From the NCBI GenBank assembly GCA_040437565.1, contig JBDOQK010000015.1, positions 546,716 to 566,715 on the forward strand: a stretch of 20,000 nt of DNA. Reading direction: 5' to 3'. Position numbers and translations under genes: made by a program. The stretch comes from Albugo candida. Taxonomy: Eukaryota. Within the stretch, counting starts at the first letter, position 1. Every line of letters starts with the position of its first letter. Below the pieces are notes generated by a model. It was not told the origin of the DNA, did no database searches, and saw only the letters and a program-made list of their open reading frames with translations. This document shows positions 1-11,423 of the stretch, piece by piece.

Positions 1-3000
1 TTTGGTGTTTCAGGGTGACGTAGAAGCTATTGCCTCGAAAAGACCAGAGTAACTTTCAAAACGTTTTGAACAAATTTCATTTTCAGACGAGAAGAGGTAC
101 GCTATCTCTATTGTATCTGTACGAAAGCTGAGTTGGTTTGCAGAAAGCAATATGATGAGCTGATGGTAGCAAAAGTTCTCGCTGAAGAAAACACTGTGTT
201 TGCATACCAGAACAAGAAAGGGCTTGTGGCTGAGAAGCGATTGGTCAGAGTACAAAGGGAAGAGGCAAAGGAGTATGAAAGGAAGCAAGGAGAACTGGTA
301 CATCTCTATTGATGAACTTCTTACAAGAAATCGATAATATTTTCCACCTATGCAGAACGATACTAAATTTGAGCATTACTCATGGCAGCTATTTAAGCTC
401 AATAAACAGATCGAGACGCATAAAATGGAGTCGAAAAGTATTGAAGAAGACCTGGCGGCTTACAGTGTAAATGAGGAAGCACTGTAGATCGCGTATAAAG
501 AAAAGAAAAAGGCACACTGCAACAGACTGAGACAAGTGAACAAAACGCGCGAATTACTTCGATCTTTACGAAAGGAAGTAGAAAGACTACAACCAAAGGT
601 TATCCAACTTGGACAGAAAAGATCATTCTGCGTCAAGCAACTCGAGGAAGCTCGTCGCACCCAGAGTAAAAACAGATCGAAAACAGTTAAGAAGGAAGAA
701 GAGATCAAAAACCTTCAAAGAAACCTCGATGAACTAAAAGAAGCACAAACGGATTTTGAAGAGCAATTGCGTAGGCAAACAGGATCTGACACGAAAAAAG
801 TTGTCATGGAAGGTAAACAACTGGACGAGTATCATAGGATACGAGAAGCTGTCCAAGTGCGAACAAGTATCTCACGAAGTAAATGAGAGTCAGTTAAGCG
901 CCAATTGTCCGCAGATAAATAGAAAAAAACTGCTTATTCAGGAATGCAATGACAATAAGAAAGTTGTGTCGGTCCTTACTGAAGATCTCAAGGATGTGGA
1001 TTCAAAAATCGACCGCGTACGTCATATGTCACATTAGAAGCTTGGGTTCAACGGCATGCTTCTGTTTCTATCAATGTAGCGGAAAGAGGAAATCGCTGAA
1101 GTAATTCGGGCTATCAATGATATCGAAAAGAAGATTCGACAAGCAGAGAATGAGGTAGTATCTTCCTTCGCTTCTTTTTGTCTATTCAGTGCTCAATTTT
1201 ATTTGTCAGATTCGGAATGAGACAAAGCGTCGTGAACAATTGGAAAAAGACTACGACACTTTGAATTAGAAATTGCAAGCATTGAGAGATGAGAAACGTC
1301 AATGCTAGGCGGAATCTCGCAAGAACGATACTATTGAAACGCTGGAACGTCTTTATCCTGGAGTTCGGGGTCGCCTTGTCCGTCTCTGTAAACCCATTCA
1401 GAGCAAGTATAACATGGCTCTCACGGTTGCAATAGGCAGACATCTGGATGCACTCGTCGTGAATGATTACAAAACTGGTCAAGACTGTATGAAATTTCTT
1501 CGAGAATCTCGTCTTCGTACTGGGTCGTTCATTCCTGTAGACAAGATTCGCGTAAAACCCATCAACGAGCGATTTCGAAGTCTTGGAAACAATATAAAGC
1601 TAGTTTTGGATACAATCGAGTACGACCCCCAAGTCGAGGCCGCATTATTATATGCTGTCGCGGATACTGTAATGTGTGACACGATCGAAATTGCACGAAT
1701 ATTGTGCTTTAGCAAGCGTGAAAAAGTGAAAGCAGTCACACTGAATGGTATGGTGGTTAAAAAGAACGGAAGCACGAGTGGGGTTCACACGCAATGCGAT
1801 ATATCTCGTGGTGGCAGATGAGATGGAAATGAAATCGAAGAATTGCAAACTCGCAAGTATGAAATACATGACAACTTGCATGCTTTGAATACCCACGGCT
1901 CGTCTTATTCAATTGTTCTAACATTACGATTGGAGCTCGGAAAATTTTGAAGAATCGAATTTCACACGGTAAGGCTGAGTTGATCACGACAGAAGCGAAA
2001 AAACCGGGTATCGTTTCTCGTTTATCAAATGCTCAGACTATGAACGAAGAGATTCTAAACCAGAGATTGAAAAGTATGAGAGTGCGACTGCCGAACGAAA
2101 ACAACAACCTGCCTCAATGGAGGAGGAAATACATACTATTGAGGGCGATATGTTTTCGGAATTCAGTAAACAATTAGGGATACCAAGTATTCGGGTATAC
2201 GAGGAGAACACCCTCAAGCAGTACCAGCAAAAGCCGGAAATTAAACGAAAGCTTACCGAGCATATCGCCAAGATAGAAGCACAGGTTCGTGCTCTCAAAT
2301 TTTATTTTCGATGAACGAAAAAAACGCTTCTTCATTCTTTAGATTGCATCCGTGAAATCACAAAAGTATGATGACTCTTTACAGCAGATGAATGAGAAAA
2401 TAATCAATGAAGAAGAGACGCTCGAAAAGCTTACTCATGAGGCAACCGAGTTAGAAAACTCACTTCGCGATGTAAAGGATGAGAAAAACGAGCAAGGGAA
2501 GGCACTTCATGTTTTGTCAAAGGGAGTGAATGATCTTGAAGCTGAATTGAAATGCAAACTGGAGGGAAGGCGGACTTCGAGAAGAAAAAAAGCGAAATAA
2601 TGAAGCGATTAGCGAAAGAAGAAGCACGTCAATACAGCAACCGCGGGAGATCATAAGGCGATCAGATTTGGATCAAGTGAGCCTACCAGTGATCAGGAAA
2701 GAAGATGGCAGTGAGCGAGACCGAGATGGACCCACGTCATATTCTCTTCAAAGTGCCAATGTGAACGCAAGGAAAGCGGTTTGGACGTAGATGGAAGCAC
2801 TAGTCTCAATATTGACTTCGCCACACTGAAGGATCGAAGATGCTGATCGACGATACCGAGGCATATAACAAAGCCAATGCTAAATTTGAGGAGCATATAT
2901 CGGAATCACAGTCTGAGATCGAGCGAATGCAGCCAAGCATGCGAGCTTTGGATACATACGAAGAAATTTTAGCACGTATATCCAAAGAAGAGGCTGAACT

Positions 3001-3547
3001 AGAGCGAGTCAATCAACAGTGTAACGAGGCTAATACGAGGTTTGAAACGATAAAAAGCGTTCGATATGATCGATTCATGGAGGCTTTCAATCATGTGTCA
3101 CGTGTCATTGATGAGACTTATAAGCAACTGACAAAAAAGCTCCAAGCATTCGCTGGGTGGTACTGCGTATTTGAGGTTGGATGATACTGAGGAACCGTAC
3201 TTAAATGGCATCAAGTATCACGCAATGCCGCCAATGAAACGATTTCGTAAAAGAAAGCAATTATCAGGCGGCGAGAAAATAGTCGCAGCGTTGGCTTTGC
3301 TTTTCGCAATCCACACATATCGTCCATCACCATTTTTCATCCTCGACGAAGTAGATGCAGCTTTGGACAATGTGAATGTCACAAATTCTCTACCTTCATT
3401 GCCAAGTGCGGTGTGCAATGTATCGTTCTATCACTAAAATAAATATTTTATGAAAAGGCCGATTCACTCGTTGGAATTTGTAAAGATGTATTCACGCAGC
3501 GATCAAAATCGCTGACACTGGATTTGACACGATTCGAAGAACAGTGA
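1..3547 (+). pseudogene. SMC1: SMC1 cohesin subunit pseudogene, unprocessed (introns retained); 5' part lies before the window
   Basis: From position 2 the frame reads LVFQGDVEAIASKRPE*LSKRFEQIS (SMC1 head, stop at 50-52), then EHYSWQLF, coiled coils, and the hinge LYPGVRGRLVRLCKPIQSKYNMALTVAIGRHLDALVV...KVKAVTLNG (~1340-1820). The C-terminal head reads EEPYLNGIKYHAMPPMKRFR..QLSGGEKIVAALALLFAIHTYRPSPFFILDEVDAALDNVNV, and the tail FYEKADSLVGICKD...LTLDLTRFEEQ* ends at 3547. GT-AG introns at about 97-143, 298-355, 1017-1079, 1155-1209 and 2285-2342. Several stops (e.g. TGA 1819-1821 at a normally Trp position) and frameshifts. Confidence 0.95.
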
Positions 3548-3599
3548 AGTAATTCGGTATGCCGTCATAGCTGCTTATTCAATCGAATCGAATCACCGG

Positions 3600-4870
3600 A
3601 TACGCATCAGAGAAAGCTCGACAGCTTTGCGTATGATTTATTGATATATACAGCATACGTCTGCAATTCTTTGCTTCACCATCAATTGAGTAAATACGCT
3701 ACAGCGGTCAGCGCTGTGAGGTTCCATACGATCAGTGAGAGATGCGATGCACAACAGCTGAGAGAAAGCTGCTCATGCACCGCACACCGGCTGGAAACAG
3801 CCTTGTGCTCGTGCAAAGTGCAGTTCAAGTGATGAGACTAACTGCCTACTGGATACGCTGAAGTAGCTTGGTGACTTCTTGATTGAGACGATCAATCAAA
3901 TTTTCGTCACCCATATCCGACGTACAAAGCTCTCTCTCGTTGAAGCATTTGTCGAGAAACCCTCATTACGTAAGCCGTGTGTCGCTCTGTAGGGAAACCC
4001 GAGAGACTTTTGCTGATCGCCAGCGCAATCGATATCAAAAATGTGCGATGTGCTTCATCGATCATACAAAAGTGTATCAAAATTTCTGCACAGTAGGATT
4101 GCGAGTAGCAGCTTCATGATTCAGTATTGCCGCAGTGAAATTATACTAATTGCTGCATTTGGTACTGAATTCTCCGTTGCACATACTGATGAGAGATTGT
4201 AGCAGTCGATGCCACCTCGTAAATACTCGTCTTCACCAGAAAAAAGTGCTTTTCTTTGTGACATCTCTCCTGTCAGACGTGGGGCAGCGGTAATATGTCC
4301 ATCGGAGCGTGTGTCTAAAGAGGTTGGATGGCTGTGATGATTACATCGGAGTAGTTGTTCAATTTGCCAAAAGTATGGCCAAAGCATCGGATGCGAACTG
4401 GAGAGAAAAATATATTTCTTGTGCCTTCAATCGTCTCACCAAAACTGGAATTTGTATCCACCATCTCATCGATGAACGTGCAAATTTCATTTGTGGTAGG
4501 TAGAGAGGACGATTTTCGATTCTTTTTTTGGGTTTTTGACCGACCCAAACTCGAGTCGGGATCGATTGCCACACTCATATAGTGCCTGCTGGTGTATCCA
4601 TACGCATAGTGTAATGCCAAGGACGTAGTGAAATCATTCATGCTCATGTGTCTCGATTACAAGATCAAAGATATCCTGGGTGAGAGTACGTGTGGGCGGA
4701 TTTACTATTCCGATGGCGATACCCACCTCAAATGATTGCTGCGCTCGTTTTCAACCGTATTCAGCAGAAGTACTTCATCCGACGTAATCTGGCTGAAGCA
4801 ATCATGCTAAACGTGGACGTCCTCAATGGTATAATCGTTATGTGGTAGATAATGGCGGTTAAATGGAGAC
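3600..4870 (-). pseudogene. Possible decayed host gene, 3' part; product unknown
   Basis: Chain of protein-like minus-strand segments broken by stops and frameshifts (YTIEDVH...EVLLLNTVENE; MSMNDFTTSLALHY...; ALFSGEDEYLRGGIDCYNLSSV; ENLIDRLNQEVTKLLQRIQ). No recognisable motif. Confidence 0.3.
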
Positions 4871-4980
4871 CAATCGGATATATAACGTACATGTACGTCT
4901 TTGTATTATAGACAGTACGGTACACGTGAATGTGTGGTACACATCATACTACTTCATATCTATTGGAGATTAAACCAGTG

Positions 4981-5275
4981 GCTGTGGGTGAATCCTCCTT
5001 TTAGGCCTAGACTAACTAGTATAGTGAACTACAAATCTGGGAAAAATAATANNNNNNNNNNNNNNNNNNNNNNNNNNNNNNNNNNNNNNNNNNNNNNNNN
5101 NNNNNNNNNNNNNNNNNNNNNNNNNNNNNNNNNNNNNNNNNNNNNNNNNNNAGTGAACTACAAATCTGGGAAAAATAATATACATAATTTTGTTTTATAT
5201 TGTTACGTAGTGTTTCCGAATTTTTCCAGCCCTCTGATCACGGGCCTCGAGTAGTCTAATTCGGAGACCACCTCA
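4981..5275 (+). repeat. 5' LTR (part alignable to the 3' copy; length inflated by gap 5052-5151)
   Basis: gctgtgggtgaatcctcc...cacgggcctcgagtagtctaattcgg (to 5264) matches 9447-9597. It continues to ...cctCA at 5275, followed by TGGTATAC at ~5284 (possible PBS) just before the gag ATG. Confidence 0.8.
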
Positions 5276-5301
5276 AAGATCTTTGGTATACAACTACGGA
5301 A

Positions 5302-6230
5302 ATGTACCAAGCAACAAAGAGAGAGAGAATTCTCTCACGCCAGAAACTTGACGACCAAGGAGATGTCGTCATGCCGGAAGTTCCAATACCTATTTTCCAG
5401 GCGATATCACCTCCAAGGATGATAATCACCGATCGCGAATTCCTCGTGAAATATAAAAGAGAGAGAATCCAGTATGAAAGACTGTGAGAAGAAACGATGG
5501 CGTCAATGCCGTTTCAATAAGGGACTCTGTTGATCCCAATGTGCTGAAAGCGCTTTTGAACAGGGTTTTCAATGTGGACTCAGAGGAGGATGTCACGTAG
5601 CAGATACTCATGACGTTCGTGAACAAGCAGTGCGAGGATGGTACTGTGGATGGAAACGCTAGAGTAATTCCTCAAATGTTTGTAAATTTGGAAATGGATT
5701 TGGATGTTCCAGATGCCTATTCTCGATGCTTGAAGATGTTTCAAGAATTCAAACAAAGGTCCAAACGAGCCGGCCTGTTGGGGTATTTTGAGAAAAATCC
5801 TAAAGAACAGTGTCAATTGCTCCTCAACGCGGTTAGACCTATGGATCTTCAGTTTAGAATCCCTCAAATGGTCAAGTTTGAAGTGGATGACATGAGGTCC
5901 GATCCGAAGATGCTATTCAAAAAATTGATGAAAAAGGCAGCAAATTTCACTGAGTCTTACTTGGCAAGCAAATTCCTCAAGACCGTAACCGGAGACCTCA
6001 AACCGATGGGTTGTGATGATGAGAAAGTGAGACGACCAATAGAGAAGTCGAGAAACCAGAAAAGCAAAGATCACAAAGATGCACAAAATGCCTTAGGTTG
6101 AAATAGCGGTGCAAATGCTGCAACAAACAAGCCTAAACGGAAGCCGAAGCAGGGGTGCTAGAATTGTGGTCAAGATCACTGGCTTAGTGGATGTACGAGC
6201 TTGAGCGAAGCTGAGAAGAAAGAAGTGCCT
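5302..6230 (+). pseudogene. gag: Gypsy gag, disrupted
   Basis: DDQGDVVMPEVPIPIFQAISPP...FLVKYKRERIQYE, typical of oomycete Gypsy Gag N-termini; ORF 5610-6101; CCHC knuckle C*NCGQDHWLSGC at ~6157-6193. Confidence 0.85.
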
Positions 6231-6299
6231 GCGAAAAAGTTACGACATTTGAGTGACGCTGATGCAAAAAACTGGATGGTATCGTTTGAAAGACAGTGG

Positions 6300-9150
6300 A
6301 AAAGTTATCACTATCCCTGCTTGTCCAGATAACGGAGCAGATGATACCGTTATTCCCGAGAGTTTGGTCAGAAGGTTGTCAATGCCGGGATGGAACTCGA
6401 TGTGAGTAGCATTTCGTCAAGAAAGCACCGGATGGGAAAAGTGGAAGTGTTCAAAGACTGTTGCCAAAAGGTGAACATGCAGTTGTGTCTGCAGACTCCA
6501 GTTGGTCCTGTACAGTTCTCGAAACGGATTGTTAAATTGTTCAAAAAGCGTCGTGGGAAATACTTATCGGGAAACCTTTGTTAGATGCGGTTGGTATAGA
6601 CGTCGAAGAGCAGCTGCTCTCTCTAACTGAGAGTCAGCGTCAATTTGAGAGGGATGGTGGACTTATGGAAGTTGATAAGTGTTTGGCGGAAGACGCCAAT
6701 ACTGGGGAAGAACAGATAGCACAGGCGGTGATTGCCTCAAAAAATTGGTCTAATGGAAGGACATCGGGAGCCGTAAGTTCGTTTGCTTTCGAATTATCAA
6801 TGCTAATTTTGTGACGGAATCATTGGGTTCTACTCCTGTGAAGGTTGAGCCGCTGTCGTTACAGCTTGTGAACGATGCACAACCGGTTCGTGGGAGATTT
6901 AGAACTTATACTTCCTTGATGGTTCAAGTGATGAAGGAACATGTGGACAAGCTTCTTTCAGCAGGTTGCATTTATGAAGACACCACTTCGAGATAGAGTT
7001 CTCCCTGTTTTCTCGTCAAAAAACCTGGAAAAAAAATTAATACAGAATGACCATAGACTATCGTGAGGTGAACAGGATGATCCAGCCGAAGTTTGGTTCA
7101 ATGCTTTATTTGGCGACAAAAACCGTTGTCTTGAAAAAAATGATCACGTTTGGAATTCTGAACCTTTGCTCTGGTTTCTGACAACTCACTATACACGTGG
7201 ACAGTCAAGAGATACTTTCGTTTGCTACCGATTGTAAAGACTATATACTAAATCGTGCACCTCAAAGCGCAGCTGATTCTGCTTTGCATTTTTAATCAGC
7301 TATGATCAAGTGCTTTGAAGTATTATTAGATAAATCAGTTCTCATTTGAATGGACGACCTGTTGTGGTTTGCAAGAGATGAGTTCACTATTCTCAAGGTA
7401 TTAGAGGATGTTTTTAATATTGTGAAAAATTCAAATTGAAGATCAAGCCAGATAAAACCAGTCTGTTCTTGAAAGAAGATCGATGGTGTGGGAAGAATTA
7501 CGATGGAGATGGGATAAAACAAGATCCTGAGAAGTTACAATGTCTGCGGGACTTGAGAAGTCCGAATACAGTCGGTGGACTACAACAGTTATTTTGTGGA
7601 ATGAACTGGCTGCGAGGGTCGTTACCAGATTACGCAAGAGTGATTGGTGTTCTTCAAGAGTTGCTGAAGGTCAAATTGGCTGGAACGTCAGGAACATAGC
7701 GAGTGGCGAGAAATATGTCTTTAGTATTGAACCAGGAGCAGATGGACTGCTTTCAGATGGATAAGGAGCTCTTGATGAAGAGTGTGAAGCTGCATCACTT
7801 GGTGGACATCGCTGTTGTATGTCTCTTTACGGATGCAACCTTGTATGGATGGAATGTAGTAATAACACAAGTGGTAGAGTTGGATTCGTTAATTACCGTG
7901 GAGAAACAAGCACATCAAGAAGGCATATTCCTATCTGGATGCTTTAGTAAAGCCAATTCAAACTGGACGGTCACTGATAAGGAGGCGTTTCCTATTATTA
8001 TGGCTCTGGATAAGGAAGGCAGACTATATTCTTTGTCTTTTATTCAGAATGTATTGTGATCACAAGAATTTCATTTCTCATTTTTGCTCCGGACCGAAAC
8101 ACAAAGAAGAGCTCAGTCGGAAGACTCCATCGTTGGAGCATGTCATTTGGATATGAGGCTTATCATATAGCAAGAATTTTGAATGTATGGGCGGATATCC
8201 TTTCTCGCTGACTAGAGGCACCAGATGAGCTCAAGTCGATAAGAAGGTTGAGCAGAACTCGAACTTCCGTCTCCGACCAGTACTATCCTATTTATCCATT
8301 GGGAGCAGTAAACATGACCCTGCCAACATATGAAGTTATAGAGAAGATGCAGAAGACATATTATCCCGGTGGAGTTGTCGGTTTAAAATTTGCAAGTTGA
8401 AACAAGTTTGTGAGAAAGAGGGACTTACATGGATCCTCAATCAAGATGTGGAAGTCACTACTCGGCAACTGATTATTGGACACCATTGTGTTGCAGGACA
8501 TGGGGAGTCAAAGTCTATTTCATTGTGCTGGGAAGAAAGTTCTGGACACGTTAGCTTCTAGACAAGTGCAAAGAATTTTGTGGAAACGTTTTATAATTTC
8601 TCAAACCAAGGGAGGAAAAATCATACCGATACCGTGAAGCACTGTACATGGACATCCCAAAACGGAACTATAGATTACATTGAGACTATTACTTCGTTGG
8701 TCAATCGTGCAATGGGGATCAATGGGTGCTTGTATTGAAAGATGCTTCCTTTCATTATTGTTTATTGCGTACTTTTGACAATCCGAGTGCTGAACATGCT
8801 GTTTCGTGCATGCTGGAATGGAATTCGTTGTTTGGGATGCCAAGAATATGGGTCAGCAATAGTGGAACTCGTTTCAAAAACGAAGTGATCACTGATCTCG
8901 CTCGTTTCACCGGATCCTCATGCGAACATATTCTTGCGTATTGTCACTGGAAAAGCGGAAGTGTAGAGAGCGTCAATAGTGATTTACTTCAAGTGCTGAG
9001 GGCTATGGTAGCAGAAATAAACTGGATATGAAGAAGTGGCCTGATATTATCTCGAGTGTTATGGAAAAATTGAACCAGACTCCTTGTCAATCCCTCGGTG
9101 GAAGAAGTGCTATTGGATTGTCAAGGATTTCATCACACTATTTATCCGGT
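6300..9150 (+). pseudogene. pol: Gypsy pol (protease, RT, RNase H, integrase), disrupted
   Basis: Protease CPDNGADDTVI (~6322). RT: SR*SSPCFLVKKPG, YRMTIDYREVN, GF*Q, RAPQSAADSALHF, VLI*MDDLL. RNase H: CLFTDATLYGW, DKEAFPI, CDHKN, NVWADILSR. Integrase: HHCVAGH and core LVLKDA...FGMPRIWVSNSGTRFKN...GSVESVN. Confidence 0.92.
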
Positions 9151-9160
9151 TTGTTAACTA

Positions 9161-9346
9161 CCTTCCTTATCCTATCATGAGTCCCTGACCGTGTGAATAT
9201 CACTTAAGTCTGACTTCAAACCTAGGGAGGCAGATATTTTCCAAGCTTATTGCTTGGGTGGGCTCAAACCGCTGCCCACACTGCCGGGAATCGAACTAAC
9301 GACCTCCGGCAGGGGGTCCGTGCGCTCAAGTGCTTAACCGACTGAG
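9161..9346 (-). mobile_element. tRNA-derived SINE-like element, 5' end lost in the gap
   Basis: The minus strand reads CTCAGTCGGTTAAGCAC (A-box/D-arm-like) ... GTTCGATTCCC (B box, 9296-9286), then a ~120-nt non-tRNA body ending in a purine repeat tail ATAGGATAAGGAAGG. It sits where the integrase frame ends. Confidence 0.75.
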
Positions 9347-9446
9347 NNNNNNNNNNNNNNNNNNNNNNNNNNNNNNNNNNNNNNNNNNNNNNNNNNNNNN
9401 NNNNNNNNNNNNNNNNNNNNNNNNNNNNNNNNNNNNNNNNNNNNNN

Positions 9447-9597
9447 GCTGTGGGGGAACCCTCCGTTTAGGCTTAGACTAATTAGTTTAGTCAACTGAGA
9501 ACCTGGAAAAAATACATAATTTTGCTTTTATATTGTTACGTAGTGTTTCCGAATTATTTCAGCCTTCTGATCACGGGCCTCGAGTAGTCTAATCCGG
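9447..9597 (+). repeat. 3' LTR, partial
   Basis: Aligns to the 5' LTR with about 16 substitutions and 2 indels over ~150 bp by eye. It lacks the final ~11 bp ending in CA. Confidence 0.85.
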
Positions 9598-9599
9598 TT

Positions 9600-10680
9600 G
9601 AAATGTCCAGCGTGATGTTGCCATTGAATCGAAGTAAATCGATGTATATGGTAGTCATGATAACAGCTCCAGTACGAGTGGCAATATTTTACATCGGTGA
9701 AAAACCATAGTTAGCGGTAGCAGATAATCCGGTCGAGAAGTTTGCACATGCTTGTAAGTGGATGGAGGGTGTGTAGCAAGGGTCAGAGCCTCTATCGACT
9801 ATCAATCAGAGACACGAAACTAGTTGAGCTTGATGCCACGACGCATTTCTTATCAAAGTCGACTGCATTCTTGTCCATAGGTATAATCCGGCACGAGGAG
9901 ACTATGGGATCTTGATCACTTCGGCTCCAGGTTGACGTGAAACGGTCCGACGATTTACAACAAAGAGATCGTTGTATTAAGGTAAACCGGTCTCTTGGAA
10001 CATCGAAAGCTTTAAAATATGGAGATGCGTAAGGCACAAGCAATCCATCGTGTGGCCCCCATTTTGAATCCGGCGTAAATTAATTGTTTGGTTGCTGGGG
10101 ATGATATAACACGAAGTGTTGTGACTAATATCTCTATTGGAAACGCGTGATTGATTTATGTCATGCATTGAGTGCCAATTCGAAAGGTGGAAGATACTTC
10201 TCGCAGCTCTGAGATTGAATGGGTGAAAAGATGCATCCGACTCGACCGGACCACAACTTTTCACTATTACCTTCCACCCTAGTCCAGATGAATATTATCC
10301 CAAACAACACTCGATTTGATACTGCACGTTTTCAGGTAGAAGAGTTTTGCAAATGTCTGTTTTGAACAGAATTTGGTGATAACCGGACATTTCAGTATTT
10401 ATTGGCGATTCCAGCAAATAGTGCAGAAGTATCACAAGGAGGTGGCTCGGTAGTCTGGTCAATATACTTTGAGTCACCTTCAAGTGGCTGTTATAATTCT
10501 ACAAGCGGTTTTAAAAATTTGATGACTCATGCGTTGCTTCCACCATGATAATGAATTGACGCTAAATATGTGTATACGCGTAGTCTTAGGTTTGTGAGAT
10601 AAGAATAGTCGCGAGATCATAAACAGGAAGCAGACAACCCACGGACTATTTATGTCGTGCAAATTAAAATGCATTCAGGA
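9600..10680 (-). pseudogene. Possible decayed host gene, perhaps the 5' part of the 3600-4870 gene
   Basis: Consecutive protein-like minus-strand ORF pieces (ILTRLPSHLLVILLHYLLESP; PYFKAFDVPRDRFTLIQRSL; DYLLPLTMVFHRCKILPLVLELLS). No known motif. Confidence 0.3.
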
Positions 10681-10875
10681 TAAAGAAGCGAACAGTTTAT
10701 TGCTTATTCTCATCAAAAGTCGGGTCAATCTCCACTAGCTAAAGCCGTTAGAATACACAACGCGCACCTAAACATCAATTCGCAACCTCCCATAAGGACT
10801 TCAACCGTACATATCTCAGAAAAGCACTAACTGCAGCGTCCACCAGTACATATCTTCATAAAGCACGCACTGCAG

Positions 10876-10923
10876 ACAGCAGCCGTTACAGCAGCCGTTA
10901 CAGCAGCCGTCACAACAGCAGTC
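10876..10923. repeat. 12-bp tandem repeat (ACAGCAGCCGTT), 4 copies, last ones degenerate
   Basis: acagcagccgtt acagcagccgtt acagcagccgtc acaacagcagtc. Confidence 0.9.
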
Positions 10924-11423
10924 ACTGTCGTCATCCACAACGTATATGAAATACCAAGAGAGACAATTCTCGAAGAAAAACTCCGATGATAATGCGAAGA
11001 ACCACTCCGATGATATTCCGATGAACCGCTAGGAAGAGGTTTCGATGAACCACTCGGCCGACAATTCATACAGCCACTGTGACAATTATACCGACAAGGA
11101 GTACGTTGGATCGAGGAGGGGNNNNNNNNNNNNNNNNNNNNNNNNNNNNNNNNNNNNNNNNNNNNNNNNNNNNNNNNNNNNNNNNNNNNNNNNNNNNNNN
11201 NNNNNNNNNNNNNNNNNNNNNAGTCACTGTCGTCATCCACAACGTATATGAAATACCAAGAGAGACAATTCTCGAAGAAAAACTCCGATGATAATGCGAA
11301 GAACCACTCCGATGATATTCCGATGAACCGCTAGGAAGAGGTTTCGATGAACCACTCGGCCGACAATTCATACAGCCACTGTGACAATTATACCGACAAG
11401 GAGTACGTTGGATCGAGGAGGGG
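10920..11423. repeat. 202-bp direct duplication flanking gap 11122-11221 (likely unmerged contig overlap)
   Basis: 10920-11121 appears identical to 11222-11423. Confidence 0.9.

Larger units (their letters stand above)
4981..9597 (+). mobile_element. Degenerate Ty3/Gypsy LTR retrotransposon (oomycete type)
   Basis: Direct terminal repeats flank domains in Gypsy order (gag-PR-RT-RH-IN). Many stops and frameshifts. The true left boundary may be near 4900; no TSD was found. Confidence 0.93.

Noticed and set aside
10-3418. Minus-strand ORFs over SMC1, and ORFs spanning N runs elsewhere
   Set aside because: Antisense shadows of coding sequence, or artefacts of stop-free gaps.
4116-4503. Plus-strand signal-peptide-like start MIQYCRSEIILIAAFG followed by Cys-containing pieces
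   Set aside because: Early stop, weak hydrophobic core, and the opposite strand reads as more continuous coding sequence.
4885-4898. Perfect palindrome ACGTACATGTACGT near the Gypsy left edge
   Set aside because: Short and low-complexity; it cannot be tied to the LTR boundary or a TSD.
5023-5180. 29-bp direct repeat either side of gap 5052-5151
   Set aside because: Contig-overlap artefact. The 3' LTR has only one copy of this segment.
7340-7365. RT catalytic motif W-M-D-D instead of Y-x-D-D
   Set aside because: W-x-D-D variants are common in oomycete Gypsy elements to my knowledge, so it is not novel.
6150-8640. Many stops at conserved Trp positions (GF*Q, LI*MDD, SR*), suggesting TGA=Trp recoding or readthrough
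   Set aside because: TAG and TAA stops and many frameshifts also occur. TGG is one transition from a stop, so ordinary decay explains it.
10920-11423. 202-bp perfect tandem duplication as a biological repeat
   Set aside because: Identical copies bracket a 100-N placeholder gap, typical of an unmerged overlap.
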